From the NCBI GenBank assembly GCA_047603135.1, contig JBLKOW010000001.1:1-34774 (forward strand): a stretch of DNA of 34,774 nucleotides, in the 5' to 3' direction. This document shows positions 26,133-33,327 of the stretch, piece after piece (the stretch's first letter is position 1; the number at the start of each line of letters is the position of its first letter). The notes under the pieces are model-generated. The model saw only the letters and a program-made list of their open reading frames with translations, ran no database searches and was not told the origin of the DNA. The translations under genes and the position numbers were made by a program. This DNA comes from Candidatus Woesearchaeota archaeon. Lineage in GTDB: Archaea; Nanobdellota; Nanobdellia; Woesearchaeales; JACJVV01.

Positions 26133-27458
26133 ATGATAAAAATTAGAGTTAAAGCTCACAATTTATATAAACAAGGAGCGTTTTCCAATAGTATGCTTAA
26201 GAAAATATTAAAGATGTTTTCATCTTCTGCAAAATCTGAACCAATTCTTATGACTAACGAAGATGCTCTTGCGAAAGCAATTCATCTCCATTCAGAGTAC
26301 ATTTCCAATACACTTGAACCGCGTATGCATGCAATTATTGATAGTATGCATGCTGAAATAAGCGATATACAGAAGAATGCAAAAAAACTTCAGCAAGCTC
26401 AGCTCCGTAATACAAATATTCCTCATAAAGAAATGCAAATCATGAAAGGGAACCGTGAGAGTTATGTAAAACATGTAGAATTATTACTTGAGCAAATTGA
26501 GTTTCCTAAGAAATACTCAGAAATTGAGGCAGTGCATGACCATTTCACAGGAGTTCTTGAGCGTTTTACTGAGCAAACACAAAAGCCTCGTGCTGTCTTG
26601 CATCATTTCTTTGAACATGAGGCAAAGGCAGTGCATAAAGGGATTGGTCGTCTTCATAAATCGTATGAAGAAATGAAGAATCTCTTAGAAGCAGATGACT
26701 ATAATGCAATCTTACGTGCGTATACCTGTACAAAACGTCTTGATTCTGCAAAAGAAAAACACGTGCAGTTACAGGAAGAATTATGGGAAAAAGAAGAACT
26801 TCTTGCAAAGCGAAAAAAGGAAATTGAAAAACTAACAAGTGAATTACATTCATTAAAGAATTCATCTGCTTATAAGACACTTCAAGAATTGATGAGCGAA
26901 AAAGAACATGCACAAAAAGAATATACTGCATTAAAATCATCAATTGGGGTACGTTTTGCAAAAATTGAGCGTGCACTTCGTAAATATGAACGGAATGCTA
27001 TCGACGATAGAGAAGTTGCAACTGAAGTATTGCGTAGCGCATCAGATGCAGTTACACGTTTTCCTGCAAAAAAGATAATTGATTTATTAAAAACATTAAA
27101 GTCCCGTGTTGATTCTGGTTCAATTGAATTAAAAAATAATGATAAAATTGCTACAGAAATCGATGCAATGATTATTGAATCATATCCTGAGAAGATGGCG
27201 GAGAGGTGTAATTCACTCCAAAAAACGATTGATGAAGCCCATGAAAAAATTATGCAAGATACTGTTGCACGTTCAATAACAGTTCTTGAAGAACGATTGC
27301 AATCTGAGAAAGTAGGGGTGCGTGAAATCGAAAAAGATGTTGAAGCACTGCATGAAAAGCGCAAAGGAATTTCGAAGGAAAATATCTATAACGATTTAGC
27401 ATCAGCATTAAGTGATGCACTCCACACAAGCGTTACACTAAAAGATAGTAAGAAATAG
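26133..27458 (+). CDS. Hypothetical coiled-coil protein
   Basis: 441-aa ORF, charged and heptad-rich throughout. The start may be one of the internal Met codons (MLKKILKMFSS). The antisense ORFs are shadows. Confidence 0.6.
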   Translation: MIKIRVKAHNLYKQGAFSNSMLKKILKMFSSSAKSEPILMTNEDALAKAIHLHSEYISNTLEPRMHAIIDSMHAEISDIQKNAKKLQQAQLRNTNIPHKEMQIMKGNRESYVKHVELLLEQIEFPKKYSEIEAVHDHFTGVLERFTEQTQKPRAVLHHFFEHEAKAVHKGIGRLHKSYEEMKNLLEADDYNAILRAYTCTKRLDSAKEKHVQLQEELWEKEELLAKRKKEIEKLTSELHSLKNSSAYKTLQELMSEKEHAQKEYTALKSSIGVRFAKIERALRKYERNAIDDREVATEVLRSASDAVTRFPAKKIIDLLKTLKSRVDSGSIELKNNDKIATEIDAMIIESYPEKMAERCNSLQKTIDEAHEKIMQDTVARSITVLEERLQSEKVGVREIEKDVEALHEKRKGISKENIYNDLASALSDALHTSVTLKDSKK

Positions 27459-27465
27459 GTGTCTT

Positions 27466-28023
27466 ATGAAAATATCTGCGCGCATGCGAAAAAAGATAAG
27501 ATTATATGGATTCTATGTTTCGCTTGTCTTATTCTTACTTGGTGCGTTAATGCTTTTTGGCGTAAGTCCTATGAAATTATTCGTCATTTCATTTTTAATT
27601 CTCTTGGGATGTATTTCACGATTGTATAAGCATTTTGTAGGTATTTCAATCGGTTTTGAATTAGTAACACCTATAACAATTGTTCTTGCGTATACCACTG
27701 ATTTTTTCTTTGCACTTATTGCTGGGCAATTTATGTTTCTCGTTTCAACATTGCTGTCTGGAAGACTTAATGCAGTAGCTATGGTTGTCCAAATGTCTGT
27801 TTATGCAGTCATCACTCTTCTTACTGTTTTATTCAGTGCGGTTCCTTTCGTCACATTAGCAGTATTTTTAGTATTTGTGAGAAACATAGTATTATGGCTC
27901 ATGATGGTAATGCTTTTTGGTGTTGACTTTTTCAAAGCAACACTTGCAACACTCCCTAATATAATTATCAACTCATTTATAGTTGGTACTGCAGGAATTT
28001 TCTTTGTGAATGTGCTTGTATAG
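27466..28023 (+). CDS. Hypothetical polytopic membrane protein
   Basis: 185 aa with 5-6 hydrophobic helices. It starts 8 nt after the preceding stop. Confidence 0.55.
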   Translation: MKISARMRKKIRLYGFYVSLVLFLLGALMLFGVSPMKLFVISFLILLGCISRLYKHFVGISIGFELVTPITIVLAYTTDFFFALIAGQFMFLVSTLLSGRLNAVAMVVQMSVYAVITLLTVLFSAVPFVTLAVFLVFVRNIVLWLMMVMLFGVDFFKATLATLPNIIINSFIVGTAGIFFVNVLV

Positions 28024-28143
28024 ATTAGTGAAATAATTAAAACCATTAAAGGTGAATGTATTCTATCTATTCTAAAAACTAGTAATATATATAAAAGAGT
28101 AGTTTGAATGACTTGCAATGGATGACGTATCTTTTGCAATACA

Positions 28144-28881
28144 TTGCTCATAACCATTATTGCTGGTTTATCAACAGCCCTAGGTGGATTATTTCCACTT
28201 TTCTTTAAGAATTTTAATCGAAAGATTTTGTTTTTCTCATTAGGAATGTCAGCTGGTGTGATGGTATATATCTCATTTGTGGAGATGATTCCTGAGGCAA
28301 TACAGGAAGTGGGTTTTACCCTAACAAATATTGCATTTTTTGTAGGAATCATTTTTATGATGGTTTTAGACTTTTTAATTCCTCATAAATATATTGCAGA
28401 AAATAATGTCTCAGCTGAAGATCAAAAAAATAATAAATTTGATCGTGCAGGAAAGTTTACTGCACTTGGTATTGCTATTCATAATTTTCCAGAAGGTATG
28501 ATTGTTTTTATGAGTGCTATGATTGATATTAACTTAGGAATTGTTCTTGCAATTGCAGTGGCTATTCACAACATTCCTGAGGGTATTGCCATTGCAGCCC
28601 CCATCTATTATGCAACAAAGTCTAAGATAAAAGCATTCATGTACTGTTTTTTAGCAGGAATCGCCGAGCCTGCTGGTGCACTTGTTCTCGCTTTATTCTT
28701 TATCAATTATTTTAATCCATTTATTTTAGGTTTATCTCTTGCATTTGTAGCAGGCGTTATGATATTTATTAGTTTTGACGAGCTATTACCTATTAGCTTT
28801 AAAGAAAACCATGACCATATAGCAACTGCAGGCATATTCATAGGGATGCTTATAATGGCTATAACTTTATTATTCTTGTAG
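28144..28881 (+). CDS. zupT: ZIP-family zinc transporter ZupT
   Basis: 245 aa with paired HNFPEGM and HNIPEGIA metal-binding motifs. The N-terminus LITIIAGLSTALGG parallels ZupT. The start is apparently TTG. Confidence 0.85.
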   Translation: MLITIIAGLSTALGGLFPLFFKNFNRKILFFSLGMSAGVMVYISFVEMIPEAIQEVGFTLTNIAFFVGIIFMMVLDFLIPHKYIAENNVSAEDQKNNKFDRAGKFTALGIAIHNFPEGMIVFMSAMIDINLGIVLAIAVAIHNIPEGIAIAAPIYYATKSKIKAFMYCFLAGIAEPAGALVLALFFINYFNPFILGLSLAFVAGVMIFISFDELLPISFKENHDHIATAGIFIGMLIMAITLLFL

Positions 28882-28903
28882 AGTTATATCTATTAAATTA
28901 TTG

Positions 28904-28965
28904 AAAATCTCGCATTCGAGATTTGAATGGGGATTCAAATACCCCTCACTTTAGTGCGAGATTTT
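28904..28965 (+). repeat. Mini stem-loop element 1 (62 nt, AAAATC...GATTTT termini)
   Basis: The 11-bp closing helix pairs 28904-28914 with 28955-28965. Two mutually exclusive local hairpins form at 28905-28924 and 28921-28940. The GGGG loop (28929-28932) is complementary to CCCC (28942-28945). Confidence 0.7.
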
Positions 28966-28972
28966 TAATTCC

Positions 28973-29053
28973 AAAAATCCGACTCAATCGTGAGTCTGTA
29001 ATACCCCAACATTTATGTTGGGGATAGGACGAACAACCAAGAGTCGGATTTTT
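28973..29053 (+). repeat. Mini stem-loop element 2 (81 nt, AAAAATCCGAC...GTCGGATTTTT termini)
   Basis: The perfect 13-bp closing helix pairs 28973-28985 with 29041-29053. It has an apical 8-bp hairpin (29004-29011 with 29016-29023). The closing helix resembles the AAATCGAC/GTTGATTT helix of the main family. Confidence 0.7.
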
Positions 29054-29073
29054 GTTATTTGCAATCTAAGTAA

Positions 29074-29310
29074 GTAAAATCTGCTTTTTTCACCTGTGTT
29101 TTTTTACATGCCTGGCTACGTCTGTGCATGTTCACTGGTGGTGTAGTAGAAAAAGCAGGGTCTGAGAATACCGACTGAGCCGCATACAAGCATGCCATCA
29201 GTCGGGTGAAAATCAAAGACTTTCAGCGTACCAGAAATTTCATTTCTGTGTATATGACTGGTGGTGTAGGTTTTCGATTGACAGTTTACTTTGCCAAGTG
29301 GAGTTTTTTC
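29074..29310 (+). repeat. Structured interspersed repeat, long form, copy 2 (3' hairpin module missing)
   Basis: It aligns with copy 1 and copy 3 from GTAAAATCTGC to CTTTGCCAAGTGGAG and then diverges. It carries the 52-nt expansion arm also present in copy 3. Confidence 0.85.
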
Positions 29311-29398
29311 AACCAGCTTAAAATATAAGTGCTTCTGAAATCGTACTTTTTATATTAAAAAAGAAACAAAGTATTAATATTTCTTCTTCAAAAGAGAA

Positions 29399-29408
29399 AT
29401 ATTTATAA
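29399..29408 (+). promoter_or_regulatory. TATA-like box for the AAA+ ATPase gene (leaderless spacing)
   Basis: TATTTATAAA is centred about 28 nt upstream of ATG 29432. Confidence 0.35.
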
Positions 29409-29431
29409 ACTTCCTGTATTTTATTGTGTAT

Positions 29432-30709
29432 ATGTATGATAAAAAAAGGCTTGCACTCTATTTTGAAGATACTAAAGTAGTTGTCAAAGACTCTATTGAG
29501 AGAAATCTTAAGCTACCTTCTTCAAAGAGTATTGTTTCATTAATTGGTGCACGAAGAACTGGCAAAACATATCTTTTTTATCAAAAGATTGCTACGCTTC
29601 CAAAAGAACAAGTTATTTTATTAGAATTTGAAAATCCGGTTTTATCGAGGGTAACTGTTGATGAATTTGGTGAGATTATCTCGCAGTATGTGTCACTTTA
29701 TAAAGCGTCATATGATAAAAAGTTATATATTTTTATTGATGAGCCACAAGTACTCCATAACTGGGAGATTGGTATACGATATTTGCATGATACTTTTGAT
29801 TGTGAATTGTATATAACTGGGTCTTCATCGAAACTTTTAAGTAAAGAAATTGCAACATCACTTAGGGGAAGAAATATTTCATTTTATTTATATCCTCTTT
29901 CTTTTGTAGAATTTTTAAGATTTAAAGGAGAGGGTATTATGTTGCCATTAGATACAAAGAAAAAAGGTTTTGTCCTAAATCTATTTAGGGAGTTTTTATT
30001 GTATGGTGGTTTTCCACAAGTTGTTCTTGCTGAATCGGAATTAGAAAAGAAACAAATACTTAAAAATTATTATGACCTTGTTGTATTCAAAGATATAGTT
30101 GACAGGTATAATTTAAAAAACACGAATCTTATTAGGTATCTTATAGAATATGTTGTATCAGCAAATACAAAAGTAATTAGTATTCATAAATTATTCAAAA
30201 CATTGCAATCACAGGGTTTTAAAGTTGCAAAAAATACTCTTTATGACTATTATAGTATTCTTGCTGATGTTTTTTTCATAGTGTCGCTAAAAAAACATTC
30301 ATTTTCAGTTCGAAGGCAAGAATTATCTTTTGAAAAGCCTTTTCTTATTGATGTTGGTTATATGTCCTTATTCTCGATGGAAGATTATGGAAAAAGACTT
30401 GAAAATGTTGTGTGTGTTGAGTTACAAAGGAGGCGTGGTGTACATGATTCCATTTTCTTTACATCTGACAATTCTTTTGAATGCGACTTCCTCATAAAAG
30501 AAGGTGCAAAAATAACGAAAGCAATCCAAGTCTGCTACGAACTAAATGATGATAATGAAAAACGTGAAATTGCAGGGTTAGTAGAAGCATGCAAGACTTA
30601 TAAACTCAAAGAAGGTTTGCTTCTTACCTACGACCATGAAGACTCATTTCAAAAAGATGGCATTACCATTGAAGTAAAACCTGTCTGGAAATGGTTATTA
30701 AGTACGTAA
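29432..30709 (+). CDS. AAA+ superfamily ATPase (COG1373 / DUF4143-type)
   Basis: It has Walker A GARRTGKT and Walker B LYIFIDEPQ, with the size and C-terminal region typical of archaeal DUF4143 ATPases. The ORF track starts at GTG 29426. ATG 29432 fits the TATA spacing. Confidence 0.8.
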   Translation: MYDKKRLALYFEDTKVVVKDSIERNLKLPSSKSIVSLIGARRTGKTYLFYQKIATLPKEQVILLEFENPVLSRVTVDEFGEIISQYVSLYKASYDKKLYIFIDEPQVLHNWEIGIRYLHDTFDCELYITGSSSKLLSKEIATSLRGRNISFYLYPLSFVEFLRFKGEGIMLPLDTKKKGFVLNLFREFLLYGGFPQVVLAESELEKKQILKNYYDLVVFKDIVDRYNLKNTNLIRYLIEYVVSANTKVISIHKLFKTLQSQGFKVAKNTLYDYYSILADVFFIVSLKKHSFSVRRQELSFEKPFLIDVGYMSLFSMEDYGKRLENVVCVELQRRRGVHDSIFFTSDNSFECDFLIKEGAKITKAIQVCYELNDDNEKREIAGLVEACKTYKLKEGLLLTYDHEDSFQKDGITIEVKPVWKWLLST

Positions 30710-30995
30710 AATCTGTTAATACACTAGAGTGTTTTTACATGCCAGACAACATTTGTGCATGTTCACTGGTGGTGTAGTGGAAAAAAGCAGGGTTTGATAA
30801 AACCGACCGAGCAGTGGGAGAGCATGCCACCAATCCGATGAAAATAAAAGATTTTCAGCGTACCAGAAATTTCATTTCTGTGTGTATGGCTGGTGATGTC
30901 GATTTTCGATTGACAGTCTACTTTGCCAAGTGAGGCGATATTTCTTAATTTCACTAAAAAAATGTACTCGCCGTGCAAGTTGACTTTTTACGTTC
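30706..30995 (+). repeat. Structured interspersed repeat, long form, copy 3 (complete, 5' part diverged)
   Basis: It aligns with copies 1 and 2 and includes both the 51-nt expansion arm and the 3' hairpin module. The ATPase stop codon TAA (30707-30709) lies inside its first nucleotides. Confidence 0.9.
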
Positions 30996-31083
30996 CTAAA
31001 AACAAAACACATAAATAGAATCTTATAAAGCCTTATAGTATATATTACACAAAAGCTTTAACTTAAATTATTAAACTTCACAC

Positions 31084-31911
31084 GTGAAATCAATGACACA
31101 AGAACTATACGAAAAAATCCGTGAAAAGCTACGTACATTAACAGGTAAAAAGAATATATATCTTGTTGAGCGCGGTAATAAAGCAATCTGGCATGCACTT
31201 AATTATGCACATGAGCAAGGCTTTAAGGAAGTTAGCATTCAGGATCAAGGCGGTTGGGTGACCTATGAACCTTACTCAGTACGGTTAAGTTTAGTAGTAA
31301 ATACCATACCTACTGATTATGGGCTATTTGAGGGGGATTTTCAAGATGCAGTTCTGCTCATTAATTCAATGCCAGGATATGCGAGTTACCTTGACACTAC
31401 AAAAATAACGGTAACAAATGGATTAATTATAAATGATGTTTCAGGAAGTATTGGCACACCTCAAGGAAAATGGGGAGATATTATTGTGGGAAGTTTTGGA
31501 AGATGGAAGCCAGTAAATGCTGGATTTGGCGGTTTTATTGCAACTGATAAAGGGCTGAATATTGAAGAGTTTTCGTTCAATGAGAATGGGCTCTTGACAA
31601 TTATACAAAAACTGGAAGAACTTCCTAAACGGCGTGAATTTCTTGTTTCAACATGCGCGCAAGTAAAAGAATCGTTAAAGCAGTGCACGATTATTCATCC
31701 TAAGCATGAAGGAATAGTGGTAATTGTTAAAGGCGATAGTCATGATTCAGCACATGTGTTAGCATTTTGTGACGAGTTTGAATTTCCTTATACTATTTGT
31801 CCACGTTACATTAGAATAACTGAGCCAGGTGTTTCAATTGAAGTAAAACGCTTGGATGAAGCAGACCGGGAAAAGCCAACTGAAACATGTGAGTTTATCA
31901 AACAAAAGTAA
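31084..31911 (+). CDS. Compact PLP-dependent-transferase-like protein (DegT/aminotransferase fold, tentative)
   Basis: 275 aa. GSFGRWKPVNAGFGGFI resembles the SF..K.....G.GG Schiff-base lysine region of DegT-type enzymes. The start may be ATG 31093. Confidence 0.4.
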   Translation: MKSMTQELYEKIREKLRTLTGKKNIYLVERGNKAIWHALNYAHEQGFKEVSIQDQGGWVTYEPYSVRLSLVVNTIPTDYGLFEGDFQDAVLLINSMPGYASYLDTTKITVTNGLIINDVSGSIGTPQGKWGDIIVGSFGRWKPVNAGFGGFIATDKGLNIEEFSFNENGLLTIIQKLEELPKRREFLVSTCAQVKESLKQCTIIHPKHEGIVVIVKGDSHDSAHVLAFCDEFEFPYTICPRYIRITEPGVSIEVKRLDEADREKPTETCEFIKQK

Positions 31912-31927
31912 GTAATGAGGTAATATT

Positions 31928-32362
31928 ATGTCAAACAATACAGAATCACATAACACGAATTCAATTGAAAGAAATTCTAATGAAGAAAACGATAAGAATA
32001 CTACACTTTATTCTCTGCAAAAAGAATTGCAGGAATTTATAGATGAGCGTGACTGGGATCAATTCCATAAACCAAAAGATGTTGCGCTTGCACTCATTAT
32101 TGAGGTTGGAGAAGTTCTTGAGCACTTTCGCTTTAAGAGTGATGCTGAAATAAAAGAGTGGCTTAATAATCCTGAGAATAACGAAAAAATAGGCGATGAA
32201 CTTGCTGACTGTTTTGGTTTTTTGCTTGATTTAGCACGGGTAACAAATGTTGATATAGTATCTGCATTTAAGAAAAAAATGGAAAAGAATCGTATGAAAT
32301 ACCCTGCAGAAAAAGTTCGAGGAAAAAATCATAAGTATACATATTACGAAGATACGAAGTAA
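31928..32362 (+). CDS. MazG-like nucleoside triphosphate pyrophosphohydrolase (dCTPase-like)
   Basis: 144 aa with the EVGEVLEHF ... ELADCFGFLLDLA all-alpha NTP-PPase signature and a low-complexity N-terminus. Confidence 0.8.
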   Translation: MSNNTESHNTNSIERNSNEENDKNTTLYSLQKELQEFIDERDWDQFHKPKDVALALIIEVGEVLEHFRFKSDAEIKEWLNNPENNEKIGDELADCFGFLLDLARVTNVDIVSAFKKKMEKNRMKYPAEKVRGKNHKYTYYEDTK

Positions 32363-32387
32363 TGCTTATTATGAAATGTACTATACA

Positions 32388-32480
32388 CAGCGAGTAAAAA
32401 GTTTGCTTTGCCTTTCGAGGCGATATGTTTCTTGATAAAGAAACATATAAATTCGCCGTGCAAGCTTGACTTTTTACGTG
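32388..32480 (+). repeat. Structured interspersed repeat, short form, copy 4
   Basis: GCGAGTAAAAAGT...ACTTTTTACGTG inverted termini enclose the conserved CTTTGCC-GAGGCGAT-hairpin-TTCGCCGTGCAAG module. CTATACA occurs on both flanks (32381-32387 and 32481-32487). Confidence 0.9.
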
Positions 32481-32551
32481 CTATACATAAAAGATAAATA
32501 GTACATATTATAAAATTGGCTTTATACTGAGATTAAAAGTTTTTATTAAAC

Positions 32552-32986
32552 TTATTCTGAGCCAAGAAACTCGCCGGTAACTTTACAGTATGAATCAATT
32601 CCTATTGTAAGGCCTGGAAAGTCTTCAGGTGATAGACCTTTATCTGGCTCACCAAGGACAATCTCTCCTCGATTATTCTCATATGCAAGTAATTGCATGT
32701 GTGGATCAATGTTTGGATCATGAGGGCTAACAAGGCGGCCATATACTGCCTTTGTAAAGTAATTATCTATGCGTTCAATTGCTCCGTATGAATTATGTGT
32801 ATCTCCTTTTTCAGGAAAAAAAGATTCTAATAAACCAGCATGGGTGACTGAAATAGTACCAAAAACATCTGTTATATCCTCAGAATGAACCCATTCATGC
32901 ACTACTATATCTTCGTCACTCTGCGATTGAGAATACCTACGTTCTTGCTCATCATATAATGCCATTAAATCGGTTACATGAGTCAT
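32552..32986 (-). CDS. Hypothetical acidic protein
   Basis: 144-aa ORF with no recognised motif. It is closely followed upstream by a co-oriented small ORF. Confidence 0.5.
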   Translation of the reverse strand: MTHVTDLMALYDEQERRYSQSQSDEDIVVHEWVHSEDITDVFGTISVTHAGLLESFFPEKGDTHNSYGAIERIDNYFTKAVYGRLVSPHDPNIDPHMQLLAYENNRGEIVLGEPDKGLSPEDFPGLTIGIDSYCKVTGEFLGSE

Positions 32987-32994
32987 ATAATCAC

Positions 32995-33264
32995 CTAATC
33001 ATGAGAAACAACAAATGTCTGATTCGTTTGTGTTGTATTAGTACTATCTTCAAGAGAATCATTTTGTGGTGGTAGCCATTGCTCAGTTATTGCTGCCCCT
33101 ACCACATTACTTACTGACTTTCCAACGCCAAAAAGCCACCTTCCATAGTCTCTAGTAAAAGAAATTGCATCATCTGGATTATCAAGGCGGTAATTATTGT
33201 ACTTAACGACAAGATAGCCTCCGAAAAGCAAAAATGCAATGACAAGGAGTGTTACGACTTTCAT
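32995..33264 (-). CDS. Small N-terminally anchored hypothetical protein
   Basis: 89 aa with one N-terminal TM helix (VVTLLVIAFLLFGGYLVV). Confidence 0.45.
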   Translation of the reverse strand: MKVVTLLVIAFLLFGGYLVVKYNNYRLDNPDDAISFTRDYGRWLFGVGKSVSNVVGAAITEQWLPPQNDSLEDSTNTTQTNQTFVVSHD

Positions 33265-33327
33265 ACCTATGCAATTTGATTTGTTTTTATAAGGATTTCG
33301 CCAATCACGTATCTGTTGCTCTCATTC

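Noticed and set aside
28118-28153. An upstream ATG (MDDVSFAIHCS*) that could be the true zupT start if a frameshift is assumed.
   Set aside because: It is in a different frame and stops after 11 codons. The TTG start at 28144 already gives an N-terminus collinear with ZupT. The sequence gives no evidence of a frameshift.
27801-28352. Minus-strand 183-aa ORF spanning the 27466 gene end, the spacer and the zupT start.
   Set aside because: It is antisense to two membrane-protein genes, one of which (zupT) has unmistakable motifs. Hydrophobic genes in AT-rich DNA commonly give long antisense ORFs.
28973-29053. Mini stem-loop 2 as an archaeal H/ACA guide RNA (lower stem, large internal loops as a pseudouridylation pocket, upper stem; nop10 is in the window).
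   Set aside because: No ACA box follows the lower stem (GTTATTTGC follows it). There is no K-turn or K-loop GA motif in the upper stem, and the 13-bp lower stem is longer than usual.
30763-30978. Minus-strand 71-aa ORF inside repeat copy 3.
   Set aside because: Same reasoning as for copy 1. The apparent similarity (MHGE..., GKVD, GGML, PCFF) comes from translating a conserved non-coding repeat. The frame is not maintained between copies.
19627-32480. Could the repeats be a CRISPR array?
   Set aside because: The units are 90-290 nt, internally structured, irregularly spaced by whole genes, and one is inverted. There are no short regular repeat-spacer units and no cas genes.
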